Below, piece after piece: positions 22,926 through 32,895 of a stretch of DNA of 64,000 nucleotides. This DNA comes from Syntrophales bacterium (GTDB lineage: Bacteria; Desulfobacterota; Syntrophia; Syntrophales; UBA2210): contig CAXXKT010000003.1 of assembly GCA_963662405.2 (NCBI GenBank), positions 448,001-512,000 of the forward strand, written 5' to 3'. Within the stretch, counting starts at the first letter, position 1; each line of letters opens with the position of its first letter. The position numbers were made by a program, and so were the translations under genes. The notes under the pieces are model-generated. The model saw only the letters and a program-made list of their open reading frames with translations. It made no database searches and was not told the DNA's origin.

Positions 22926-23764
22926 AGAAAACCCGCACGCCGACCATCGCGCCCAAGAAAAACCGCTTGAAACGAAAGTCGGCAATGAACTCCGGCGAGA
23001 TCTACAAAATATTGGGCCTTGTTGGCTTTGCGGGTCTGTTGGCGGTTATGATGGTATACGCGTACAATTGTGCCCTCTGTGCCGATTATTTCAAGCTGAA
23101 GCATGCGGTCATTAGAGGGTGCAATAAGATCAGCGCAAAAGAGGTGAAAATGATCGCGGGGATAGATGCCCCCATGAATATCCTCAGCGCGAATGTGGAA
23201 AAGATGAAGCGGGAACTGGAGAAACATCCGTGGATCAAGAAGGCCTCCGTCGGAAGAGAGCTTCCCGATAGATTGATCATCGAGCTTACGGAGCGAAAGG
23301 CCACCGCTCTCCTTCAAAAGGGGAAAGATCTCTATATCGTGGATCGAGACGGTGTCGTGTTCAAGCGGCTCGAGGCGACCGATGGTGTTGACCTCCCGGT
23401 CTTTACCGGGTTCTATCGGAACGAAAATCTGCGCGAGGACCTGTTGAAAAAGGCGTTTGTGTTTCTGGGGTGTCTCTCCGAAAACAATTACTGCCTCCGA
23501 CCCTGGAACGTATCGGAAATTTATGTGGATGCGATACACGAATTTTCCGTTTACACGGACAAAAACCTCTTTCTGAACGTGGGCCTTGATGAATACGACA
23601 AGAAATTGAAACGACTGAAGAAAGTAATTGCTGACTTGGCGCGCAGAGGTGTGGATGAGGAGCCGCTCAGTATTGACCTTGTCGATGCCAGCAGGATTGT
23701 CGTCCAACATGGAAATTCATTCAGCCGGGATGGGCTGAAGACGGAGCACAAGACGAAGATATGA
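22922..23764 (+). CDS. ftsQ: Cell division protein FtsQ/DivIB
   Basis: Basic N-terminus, one TM, POTRA-like HPWIKKASVGRELPDRL; lies before ftsA. Confidence 0.88.
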   Translation: MKKTRTPTIAPKKNRLKRKSAMNSGEIYKILGLVGFAGLLAVMMVYAYNCALCADYFKLKHAVIRGCNKISAKEVKMIAGIDAPMNILSANVEKMKRELEKHPWIKKASVGRELPDRLIIELTERKATALLQKGKDLYIVDRDGVVFKRLEATDGVDLPVFTGFYRNENLREDLLKKAFVFLGCLSENNYCLRPWNVSEIYVDAIHEFSVYTDKNLFLNVGLDEYDKKLKRLKKVIADLARRGVDEEPLSIDLVDASRIVVQHGNSFSRDGLKTEHKTKI

Positions 23765-23841
23765 GCAATGCTGTGATAATCAGGTTTTGTTTCGATGTGT
23801 CTGCAACGGCTCCGGGGGGTACCGACAGGAAGGACGATTAG

Positions 23842-25068
23842 ATGGCAAAGAGAGAAAATATCGTCGTGGGTCTCGATGTGGGAACGACGAAAACGTGTGT
23901 TATCGTCGGTGAAGTGACGAATGTCGGGATCGATATTATCGGAATCGGTACGCACCCCTCGATCGGACTTCAAAAGGGGGTTGTCGTCAACATCGACAGC
24001 ACGGTGGATTCGATCAAGAGGGCTGTCGAAGAGGCCGAACTGATGGCGGATTGTGAGATTCGGTCCGTTTTTACCGGTATTGCAGGGAGTCATATCCAGG
24101 GATTAAACAGTTACGGTATCGTAGCGGTGAAGGGGGGCGAGGTCGGTGAATACGATGTCAAGAAAGCCCTGGAGGCGGCCAAGGCGATCGCTATTCCCCT
24201 TGATCGGAGGGTGATTCACATATTGCCGCAGTACTACATGGTTGATGATCAGGACGGGGTGCGAAATCCCATCGGTATGTCGGGTGTCAGACTTGAGGCC
24301 AAGGTTCATGTCGTCACCGGCTCCGTGACGTCCGTGCATAACATCATCAAGTCCGTGAACCGGGTCGGCCTGAGTGTGGATGACGTGATCCTGAATCCGA
24401 TCGCCTCGAGTGAGGCAATCCTCAGCCAGGATGAAAAGGATTTGGGGGTGGCCCTGGTCGATATCGGCGGCGGCACCACGGACGTTGCGGTTTATGCAGA
24501 AGGAAGCATCCAACATACCGCCGTTCTTCCGGTGGGGGGGAATTATGTGACCAACGACATCTCCGTCGGTCTGCGAACGCCGGTCCTGGAGGCCGAAAAA
24601 ATAAAGATGAAATACGGTTGTACCTATACGCCTCTGATACCGCAGAATGAGGTCATCGAGGTCCCCAGCGTGGGGGGAAGAGACCCGAGAAATGTGTCTC
24701 GCCAGGTGCTGGGCGAGATCATAGAGCCGCGTATAGAGGAAATACTCGGTCTGGCGCATCGGGAGATCGTCAAGTCCGGGTATGACGATCTCCTAGCGGC
24801 CGGTGTCGTGCTGACCGGCGGAACCGTGATTTTAGAGGGGATGACGGAGCTGGCGGAGCAGGTGTTCAACATGCCGGTCCGCAAGGGGTATCCGGTGGGT
24901 GTGGGAGGGATTACCGATATCGTCAACAGCCCGATGTATACGACGGGGGTCGGGCTGGTGATGTCTGGAAGTGTAGGTCGTGCCGATTATGCCGTCAAGA
25001 AAAAGGAAAAGAAGATAATCAGTAAACTCGTCAAACGGATGGAAGGGTGGTTTAACGATTTTTTTTAG
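23842..25068 (+). CDS. ftsA: Cell division protein FtsA
   Basis: GLDVGTTK, DIGGGTTD, VLTGG; C-terminal amphipathic helix. Confidence 0.96.
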   Translation: MAKRENIVVGLDVGTTKTCVIVGEVTNVGIDIIGIGTHPSIGLQKGVVVNIDSTVDSIKRAVEEAELMADCEIRSVFTGIAGSHIQGLNSYGIVAVKGGEVGEYDVKKALEAAKAIAIPLDRRVIHILPQYYMVDDQDGVRNPIGMSGVRLEAKVHVVTGSVTSVHNIIKSVNRVGLSVDDVILNPIASSEAILSQDEKDLGVALVDIGGGTTDVAVYAEGSIQHTAVLPVGGNYVTNDISVGLRTPVLEAEKIKMKYGCTYTPLIPQNEVIEVPSVGGRDPRNVSRQVLGEIIEPRIEEILGLAHREIVKSGYDDLLAAGVVLTGGTVILEGMTELAEQVFNMPVRKGYPVGVGGITDIVNSPMYTTGVGLVMSGSVGRADYAVKKKEKKIISKLVKRMEGWFNDFF

Positions 25069-25083
25069 AGGGGAGGTATTGAT

Positions 25084-26253
25084 ATGTTTGAACTTGTACA
25101 GGGTGGTGGCCGGAGCAACGCCGCGAATATCAAGGTTATCGGTGTCGGAGGTGGGGGAGGTAATGCCGTCAACATGATGATCACCTACAACCTCGCAGGA
25201 GTCGAGTTTATCGTGGCCAACACGGATTCACAGGCCATGGTGGCGTCGAAGGCCCCGATCAAGGTCCAGCTGGGGGCTGAGATTACCAAGGGGCTTGGGG
25301 CCGGTTCAGACCCCGAAGTGGGGAAGAAGGCCGCCATCGAATCACAGGAGAGGTTGCGGGAGATCCTGGATGGAGCGGATATGGTCTTTGTGACGGCAGG
25401 CCTCGGTGGTGGTACCGGGACGGGTGGTGCGCCGGTGGTGGCTGAGATAGCGAAAGAGCTCGGGGCACTGACCGTTGCTGTTGTCACGAAGCCCTTTCAG
25501 TTCGAGGGGAAAAAGCGGTGGCGCCAAGCCGAGGAGGGCCTGGACGAGTTGCGGCAGATGGTTGACACACTCATCGTGGTTCCGAACCAGCGGCTTCTGA
25601 CCGTCAGCGGTAGAAGCATGTCTCTCCCCGATGCCTTCAAGAAGGCTGATGATATCCTCTACAACGGCGTAAAGGGTATTTCCGACCTGATCATGGTCCC
25701 GGGATTGATCAACCTTGATTTTGCCGACGTGAAGAACATCATGTCCGAAATGGGTCTGGCGATGATGGGCACCGGGGTGGCTGAGGGTGATAACAGGGCC
25801 GTTGAGGCTGCCCAGAAGGCGATTTCATCACCGCTCCTGGAAGACAATTCAATCCAAGGGGCCCGGGGCGTTCTTCTCAACATCACCGGGAACTCGGAGA
25901 TGACGCTTTTTGAAGTGAACGAGGCCTCCTCGCTGGTCCAGGCCGAGGCCCACGAAGATGCAAACATCATATTCGGAACGGTCTTGGATGATACCATGGG
26001 AGATGAAATCCGCATAACGGTTATTGCAACGGGATTTGATGCAAAAGACGGCAGGGTCCCCGAGCGAGCCACGGATCTTTCGAGTGCACAAAGCGCCGCG
26101 AGGAAACGGGATAATTTTGAAAGACCGACCTTTATCAGGAATCGGGCTGAACGGACGGGAGAAAAGCCGGTCGTTATCCGTATGGGCATGATTAGTGAGG
26201 ACGATGACCTGGATTTTGAAACCCCCGCTTTTCTCCGGAAACAGATGGATTAG
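25084..26253 (+). CDS. ftsZ: Cell division protein FtsZ
   Basis: GGGTGTG tubulin signature, NLDFAD, C-terminal [11 protein letters not shown]. Confidence 0.98.
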   Translation: MFELVQGGGRSNAANIKVIGVGGGGGNAVNMMITYNLAGVEFIVANTDSQAMVASKAPIKVQLGAEITKGLGAGSDPEVGKKAAIESQERLREILDGADMVFVTAGLGGGTGTGGAPVVAEIAKELGALTVAVVTKPFQFEGKKRWRQAEEGLDELRQMVDTLIVVPNQRLLTVSGRSMSLPDAFKKADDILYNGVKGISDLIMVPGLINLDFADVKNIMSEMGLAMMGTGVAEGDNRAVEAAQKAISSPLLEDNSIQGARGVLLNITGNSEMTLFEVNEASSLVQAEAHEDANIIFGTVLDDTMGDEIRITVIATGFDAKDGRVPERATDLSSAQSAARKRDNFERPTFIRNRAERTGEKPVVIRMGMISEDDDLDFETPAFLRKQMD

Positions 26254-26508
26254 AACAAAAGAGCGGGTGGCAGGGGGATGCCTTACCTCTCCCTTGTCTT
26301 GTGGTGCCTTATGCACGGGAGAAGAGGCGGATAATCCTCCATGGCATCGTACGGCGATCATGGCCCACCTCCCCCATGACGCCGCCGGACGGTTCCGTGA
26401 TGGACGATCCCTCTGCCGATTGTCGATGCCGCTTCCATGCAAGCGAACGCTTGCACGCCCGGATGCGGAACGCCGACACAACCCGCAGTCAAAAAAACAT
26501 CCGTCTTC

Positions 26509-26535
26509 TAAAGAAATCTGCGTAAAATCCGATAT
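26509..26535 (+). promoter_or_regulatory. Putative sigma28 (FliA) promoter
   Basis: TAAAGAAA-N11-TCCGATAT versus consensus TAAAGTTT-N11-GCCGATAA, about 90 bp upstream of ATG 26625. Confidence 0.55.
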
Positions 26536-26736
26536 TCTAACATGAGATGCTCGGCACCGTTTGTTCTCGGCGCCTGTGGTCGTGGGACGAACAACGGAGC
26601 CTGAACCTGAGGGGAGACGGAACCATGGCGGGGAAACCAATAATGACCGAAATATCCAGGGAGAGGGAAGAGGTGGTCCGGTTTCTTTGGACAGGTAACA
26701 GGGATTTATAAGTGGGAAGTTGCCCTGGGTTTGTGT

Positions 26737-27567
26737 TCATGCCGCAGCCTGTCCCTGTGGTAGTGATTCAAAATAAACCATAGCCGGTGTCTTTCTGTCA
26801 AAAGTATTGTGCCACCGTTTCTCGTTGTAGAACTGAAAATAGTCGGTAAGCCCCTTCTTCAACTCTTTCATTGAACCGTATGCCTTCAGATAGATATCTT
26901 CGTACTTGACGCTCTTCCAGAGCCGTTCGATGAAGACATTGTCCATCCATCGCCCCTGACCGTCCATGCTGATAGAGATATCATGAGAGCGAAGGACATC
27001 GATGAATGCCTGTGAGGTAAACTGACTGCCCTGATCGGTATTGAAGATAGCCGGGCGCCCATACGTGGTGAGTGCTTCTTCAAGCGCATCCACACAAAAC
27101 GCACTGTCCAACGTATTCGACAACCGCCAGGAGAGGACCATCCGACTCGCCCAGTCCATAACGGCTACCAGATAACAGAACCCTCGTTCCATGGGAATAT
27201 ACGTGATATCGGCAGACCATACGTGGTTGGGACGGATGATATCAAGTCCCCGTAACAGATACGGATATATCGGGTGCTGGGGATGCTTTATCGATAATCT
27301 CGGCTTGATGTACAACGCCTCGATCCCCATGCGACGCATCAACCGACGTACCTTATCACGTCCGATATCATACCCTCTCTGCCACAGCTCATTGCGAATC
27401 TTCCGACTCCCATAGAAGGGATACTGAAGATGAATCTCATCAATCTGACGCATCAGCTCCAGATCCTTCGCGCTGACCGGAACCGGAGAGTAATAAACAC
27501 TCGATCGGGACAGCTCCAAGAGTTCGCATTGACGGGTTATGGGCACACTCTTTTCTCTCTTGATCAT
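26737..27567 (-). CDS. IS3 transposase OrfB (DDE/rve)
   Basis: WSADITYI, NTDQGSQF, DNVFIERLWKSVKYE. Confidence 0.95.
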   Translation of the reverse strand: MIKREKSVPITRQCELLELSRSSVYYSPVPVSAKDLELMRQIDEIHLQYPFYGSRKIRNELWQRGYDIGRDKVRRLMRRMGIEALYIKPRLSIKHPQHPIYPYLLRGLDIIRPNHVWSADITYIPMERGFCYLVAVMDWASRMVLSWRLSNTLDSAFCVDALEEALTTYGRPAIFNTDQGSQFTSQAFIDVLRSHDISISMDGQGRWMDNVFIERLWKSVKYEDIYLKAYGSMKELKKGLTDYFQFYNEKRWHNTFDRKTPAMVYFESLPQGQAAA

Positions 27568-27866
27568 CGCTTTGCGCTCGTTCCGTTGATGCGACCGAGC
27601 GCATGTGATAAAAAATCATTCTCCATCGATAACTGTCCGATCTTGGCGTGAAGTTCTTTTACATCCGGACCCTGGTTGTCCTTATGACCCTTGCCAAATA
27701 CGTCCGATGCGTGATCCATCAACTGCTTCTTCCATGTGGTGATCTGGTTCGGGTGTACCTGATACCGCTCGGCAAGCTCAACGATCGTCTGGTCCCCTTT
27801 CAGTGCCTCCAATGCCACCTTCGCCTTGAAGGACGGTGCATGGTTCCTCCGCGGTCTCTTGCTCAT
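27564..27866 (-). CDS. IS3 transposase OrfA (HTH)
   Basis: RRNHAPSFKAKVALEA..ELAERYQVHPNQITTWKKQL; slippery T TTT TTA at 27609-27615. Confidence 0.9.
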   Translation of the reverse strand: MSKRPRRNHAPSFKAKVALEALKGDQTIVELAERYQVHPNQITTWKKQLMDHASDVFGKGHKDNQGPDVKELHAKIGQLSMENDFLSHALGRINGTSAKR

Positions 27867-28996
27867 ATCTCTTTCCTCCTTACGTCCACTATAGAGCAAC
27901 TTTCCCACTTATGCACCTGTCCAAATTTGCCCGACCAGCTCTGGATAACGATGTCCTCTGCGCCTTTCAGGAGTACCAGGATATCCAGGGGAAGGTAGGC
28001 GATAAAGGCAATCTGGAAGGCGAAGAACGGGCGGCGCTTGAGCAGGCCGTTGCTCAGGCAAGTGCAATGGCGGTGGAGGCCGAGATAGCCGGTATTGAAC
28101 TGCGGCAGGTTATCCATGCCTCGGCCGACGGGATCATGGTGATCAATGAAGACGGTACGATTCAGCTCATCAATACGGTCCTCCAGGTATTTTTGCATAT
28201 GACCGGCGATGAAGCCGTTGGGAAGAGATGCTCCGATATCCTGCGGGATGCGCGGTGTGACAGTGCGGATTGTCCATTAAGAGCCATCTTACATGATAAA
28301 GAACAACATGTTGAATATGACACTGAAAAAAAGAGGAGTGATGGCGCCCTCATCCCCTTCATCTGCAGCGCTACGCCCTTCACGGGTTTCGACGGCGAGC
28401 CGGCTGGGGTGGTTGTAACCCTTAAAAACATCAGGGAGCGAAAATACGCCGAGGATAATCTCAGAAAAGCGAACGAGCAACTTGAACTGCTTGCGACAAT
28501 CGATGGGCTGACCCACGTGGCCAACCGCCGTTCCTTCGATCAGACGATCAGTCGTGAATGGGGCCGGCTGCGGAGAAACGGCGGGCCGCTCTCGCTGATA
28601 CTGTGTGATGTTGATCACTTGAAATTGTACAACAATACGTACGGACGGCAAGCGGGGGACGCGTGCCTCTGCGAGATTGCCCGTACCCTTGAGAAGCAGG
28701 TGCGCCGGAGCGGCGATTTTGTTGCTCGGTACGGCGGGGGAACCTTTGCTGTTATTCTCCCGGGGACGGATGCCGACGGGGCGCTTCACGTCGCCGAGGG
28801 CCTACGCCTGAGCGTCGAGCGACTCGGTGTGGTGCATGGCGCCTCACCGGTGAAGCGCACGGTGACGATCAGTCTGGGGGGAAGTAGTGCCGTTCCGTCT
28901 GATAAGGGGGGGGTGGAAACACTGGTCGAACGGGCGAACGTGGCTCTCCGTGATGCAAAGACATCCGGACAGAACCGCGTCTCTTTTATACAGAGA

Positions 28997-29132
28997 GGAG
29001 CGTATCGCTCCCCGTTGAGTTCTTAGGTCTCATACCGGTTCTCATTTCTTCTCTTACATATGCGTGGGAGTGTATCGCTCCCCATGGATTCCTAAGATCT
29101 CACACAGATTCTCATCTTCTCCCTCTATGCAT
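28997..29132. repeat. Two diverged tandem copies of a ~70-bp unit
   Basis: GGAG(C/T)GTATCGCTCCCC...TCTCA...TTCTCAT...TATGC starting at 28997 and 29067. Confidence 0.75.
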
Positions 29133-29254
29133 TGAACGATCATGAATCAACCGCGCCCCGGTCAGGCGGGACTGGTCGGATCCGTTGATTCTGATTCTGA
29201 ATTTCGAAGGCGAATGCCTCAGGAAACGAACAGAAATGAAGCGGGCGGTGAACA

Positions 29255-30364
29255 ATGTCGAATAATGGTATCATAGTCGAACAAGAAACCCTTGCTGAAC
29301 ATGATGAGAGACCCCCGTACGATCAGTTATTCCGAGACTATCATCGGATGCAGGAAGAGACGCGTGATTTAAAACGGCAGCAGGCGCAAACCCGGGATGA
29401 ACTCGAGGCGGCGATCGCGCGGGCCAACAAGATGGCCGTTGAGGCGGAGATTGCCAATATCGAGCTGAATCAGATACTGAATACGTCGGTTGATGGGGTG
29501 GTTTTGATCAACGAGAATTTTGAGATACAGCGCATCAATACGGCCCTGTTGTTGTTTATACGGAAGGCGGAAGACGAGGTTATCGGGGAAAAGTGCCATG
29601 ATATCATCCATGATTCCCGGTGCGGGAGTGAGGATTGTCCGCTGTTCAGGATCCTGCACGGTGAGGGCCGTATCGAGTGTGATATTGAGCAATGGTGTGG
29701 TGGAGAAACTCCGGTCCCCTTTATTTTTACCGCCACTCCCTTCCGGGGCCTCGACGGTGCCTTGAGCGGCATGGTGGCCGGGTTAAAGGATATTACGGAA
29801 CGCAAACAGGCCGAGGAGGCCCTCAAGAGGGCCAATAAACAGTTGGAACGTCTTTCAACGATCGATGGGTTGACACAGGTGGCCAACCGTCGCTGCTTCG
29901 ATCAGACGATCGAGCGGGAATGGGGACGTCTGAGACGCGAAAAACAGACGCTCTCACTTATCTTGTGTGATGTGGATTATTTTAAATTATAAAACGATGC
30001 ATACGGACATCTGGCCGGGGACGAGTGCCTGAAATCCGTTGCCGGCGCCTTGCATGGCAGCGTGCGGCGCAGTGCTGATCTGGTCACGCGGTACGGAGGT
30101 GAGGAATTCGCCGTTATCCTGCCGGCAACCGACACACGAGGCGCCGCCCAAGTCGCTGAATCGTTGCGATTGAGGATTGAAAGACTTCAATTGGTTCACC
30201 GCGACTCATCCGTGAGCCCGCATGTTACCATCAGCCTGGGCGTTGCCACCACCCTTCCCTCGTTAAGGGTCGGACCAAAGGATTTGATTGCCGGTGCTGA
30301 CGGGGCCTTGTACGACGCGAAAGCGTCCGGGAGAAACCGTGTGGCGGTCAGATATGTGCAATGA
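29255..30364 (+). pseudogene. PAS-GGDEF diguanylate cyclase with premature TAA
   Basis: ORFs 29255-29992 and 30050-30364 share a frame; reads DVDYFKL*NDAYGHLAGDECL...RYGGEEF. Confidence 0.88.
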
Positions 30365-30389
30365 CACACGATCGGCCACCGGGAGATGA

Positions 30390-30698
30390 TCAATCACGGC
30401 TTTTCTTTCTTGGAGATTTACGAGACATGTACCGCCACCCCCGCTTGGCCAGGAGTCGTGAATAGCGAATCCCCTCCGGACCGGCCAGCAGTGCCCCCAA
30501 GCCCAGCATCCCCCAAGACAGGGCGTAGAGGACAAAGCCGAGGTAGGTAAAAAATATATCACGTGCGCCGATAGCGACGGCATTACATACCAGCAGGGCC
30601 ACCCACCCGAGCGGCTGATTGATCGTCAGGAGCAGTATCCCGATATAAAACCGGGGGCTGAACCGCTCAGATCTCGTATTGCCTGATGTGTCTTGCAC
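30390..30698 (-). CDS. Small membrane protein of unknown function
   Basis: 102 aa, hydrophobic segments and a basic tail; follows the REC-MBL gene. Confidence 0.6.
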   Translation of the reverse strand: MQDTSGNTRSERFSPRFYIGILLLTINQPLGWVALLVCNAVAIGARDIFFTYLGFVLYALSWGMLGLGALLAGPEGIRYSRLLAKRGWRYMSRKSPRKKSRD

Positions 30699-30731
30699 CG
30701 ACGTTCGGGCCTCCTTGGGGGCCTGCCTCTG

Positions 30732-31961
30732 CTACACGTTGAAGGCTTCCCCCTCCTTTGGGGCAATGCAGAGAGTGGAGGCCCCTCGTTCCGCTAACAC
30801 GGCCCGTGCTGTCTCCAGCTTCGTGTCTATATCGTCATCCGTTTGATCCAGGTCATGGTGGAACAGGTACAGCTTTTTCACGCCGGCCCGGTCGGCCAGC
30901 TCCACTACGCGGTTTACCGATGAGTGTCCCCAACCGATCTTGTCCTCGTATTCCTCATGCATATAGGTGGTATCGCTTATCAAGACATCGGTGCCTGCGA
31001 TAAAGGCTTCCAGCTTTCCGATATACTGTCCGTCGTATAGGTCGCTGGAATGAGGGTAAAGCTCATGGTCCGTCACGTAGCAGAATGACTTACCCTTGTA
31101 GTCAAGGCGGTACCCCAGGCACTCGCCCGGGTGCTCCAGGAATATGGTTTGTATCGTTGCTCCCCCGATAACGAGCTGTTCCTCACCCAGGTCGTGGAAG
31201 GAAAGTCTCGCGCCGAATTCCTTGATATGAATGGGAAAATATGTTCCGTTCATCTGTTCCGCTATCAATTCGCGCAGGGAGACGGTCCCCCGTAAGGGAC
31301 CGTAGATATTAAAGGAATTTTCCTTTGAATAGAGGGGCGCGAAAAAGGGAAGGCCATGGATATGATCCCAGTGTGGGTGTGATATGAAGATGGAACCCTT
31401 TGTTTGCGTACGGTGTTCGGCTATGAGATGATTCGAGAATTCTTTGATTCCACTCCCGGCGTCGAAGATGAAGAGTGCGTCTCCGGGGAGATGAAGACTG
31501 ACGCAGGGGGTATTCCCTCCGTATCGCACCGTTTTGTGTCCCGGTACCGTCAGTGTCCCATGCACACCCCAGAAGATAAATCTGATTTCGTTCTCAAGAA
31601 GCTGTTTGAGATCACATACGACCTCTTGTACCCCACCCGCTTTCGGTATGAGTTCGTCGGCCCCGGCGGCGAGTGCTTCCTGACGGATCTGATCCGATTG
31701 ATCTATAGACAGGAGGACTATCCTGGTATCGCTCAGGCCATGAATTCCCCGCAGGTGTCGAATGATTGCAGCACTGTCCCTTCCGGAAGCAGCTGTATCC
31801 ATAATAATACAGGAGGGACGGTGGGCGACAATCTTCGACACGGTATCGCTCCCGGCGCTGCCGGCACAGACTGAATGCCCCTCCGAACTCAGGGTTTCGA
31901 TGAGCGTCCGTGTGAAGGAGGGATCGTCATCAATAACAAAAAACCTGTATTTCCTATTCAT
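30732..31961 (-). CDS. Receiver domain fused to an MBL-fold metallohydrolase
   Basis: REC (VIDDD..IIMD..K); YGGNTPC, DAGSG, SHPHWDHIHG, WGHS, LFHHD. Confidence 0.85.
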   Translation of the reverse strand: MNRKYRFFVIDDDPSFTRTLIETLSSEGHSVCAGSAGSDTVSKIVAHRPSCIIMDTAASGRDSAAIIRHLRGIHGLSDTRIVLLSIDQSDQIRQEALAAGADELIPKAGGVQEVVCDLKQLLENEIRFIFWGVHGTLTVPGHKTVRYGGNTPCVSLHLPGDALFIFDAGSGIKEFSNHLIAEHRTQTKGSIFISHPHWDHIHGLPFFAPLYSKENSFNIYGPLRGTVSLRELIAEQMNGTYFPIHIKEFGARLSFHDLGEEQLVIGGATIQTIFLEHPGECLGYRLDYKGKSFCYVTDHELYPHSSDLYDGQYIGKLEAFIAGTDVLISDTTYMHEEYEDKIGWGHSSVNRVVELADRAGVKKLYLFHHDLDQTDDDIDTKLETARAVLAERGASTLCIAPKEGEAFNV

Positions 31962-32087
31962 GGCGCTTCCGGACGGCGGATTTATACGGTGGCGAAGATT
32001 GATCCAGGCTGGAATTCATTTGTTGCATGATTTACTATCTTTGTCAAAATGTTTCATGACCATTCAACAAAATAGTGTGTACCCATA

Positions 32088-32867
32088 CTAGCCTTGCCCC
32101 GCAAAGCGAAACGATTGGAGATTCAGGCCCAGTTCCAGGGTGTCTTTCAGCTTGACGAGGGACCGGGCTAAACGGGCCTCCTCGGTGTGCCGGTACAGCA
32201 TCTCTCCCGGTTTCCCCTTGATTGTATGGGCAACCGATAAGATGGTATCCAGTGTATCTAACTCACTCAGGAGGTTGGCAGCCCTCTTGAGCCCTATGCC
32301 GGGGACACCGGGAATATTGTTGGTGGTGTACCCCGCGAGGGAGAAAAGGTCCACAATTTGGTCCGGTCGCACATGCAGCTTCTCCTGGATATATGCTGGG
32401 CCCATATCCACCCGCTGAAAATGATCACGAACCACAACCCGGTCCGACACCAGTTGCAGCAGGAGTCGGTCGGTAGAGAGGATCGTGACTCTGGCGCCGT
32501 GCCCCGCCGCCTTTCCGGCGAGCGTGGCGATGATATCATCCGCCTCCAGCGTTGGGAACTGGACGGAGCAAACACCGATTTGGGAAAAGGTCGCCCTGAA
32601 GCGGTCCATGCTATCTCCCAGCGCCTCGGGCATCGGGGGACGCCCCGCCTTGTATTCCGGGTACAGCTCATGACGCCAGTTCGGTTCGTTCCCGTCGAAG
32701 GCACAGATGGCATGAGTCGGCCGACATTCCCGCAGGGCGCGCTGGAGAGAATTTGCGCTTGTCTTCAGCGAATCGTCCACCCGGGTCGGGCCGTCAACAC
32801 CCGGTTGGGCGGCGTAGACCCGGCGGATAAGGTTGAGGCTATCTATCAAGAGGAGCCGTATGTCCAT
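32088..32867 (-). CDS. xni: Flap endonuclease Xni/ExoIX-like (5'-3' exonuclease family)
   Basis: LLIDSLNLIRR, YKAGR, EADDIIATLA, STD, IPGVPGIG. Confidence 0.85.
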   Translation of the reverse strand: MDIRLLLIDSLNLIRRVYAAQPGVDGPTRVDDSLKTSANSLQRALRECRPTHAICAFDGNEPNWRHELYPEYKAGRPPMPEALGDSMDRFRATFSQIGVCSVQFPTLEADDIIATLAGKAAGHGARVTILSTDRLLLQLVSDRVVVRDHFQRVDMGPAYIQEKLHVRPDQIVDLFSLAGYTTNNIPGVPGIGLKRAANLLSELDTLDTILSVAHTIKGKPGEMLYRHTEEARLARSLVKLKDTLELGLNLQSFRFAGQG

Positions 32868-32895
32868 ATTTCCCCGTTGAATCCCCCGCAAGCCG

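Larger units (their letters stand above)
26669..27942 (-). mobile_element. IS3-family insertion sequence, 1274 bp
   Basis: Imperfect terminal IRs (22/28 identical, shared TTTGGACAGGT), 3-bp target duplication GGA (26666-8 and 27943-5), orfA/orfB in -1 frame. Confidence 0.93.
26625..29026 (+). pseudogene. PAS-GGDEF protein interrupted by an IS3 element; degenerate active site
   Basis: Removing 26669-27942 and one GGA copy joins MAGKPIMTEISRER in frame to DNDVLCAF..., giving 374 aa; GG(D/E)EF position reads GGGTF. Confidence 0.85.

Noticed and set aside
28997..29132. Mini CRISPR array
   Set aside because: Only two units, homologous along their full length, and no cas genes in the window
29990..29992. 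In-frame stop as a recoding event
   Set aside because: The codon is TAA at a Tyr position, not TGA (Sec) or TAG (Pyl); nonsense mutation or sequencing error is simpler
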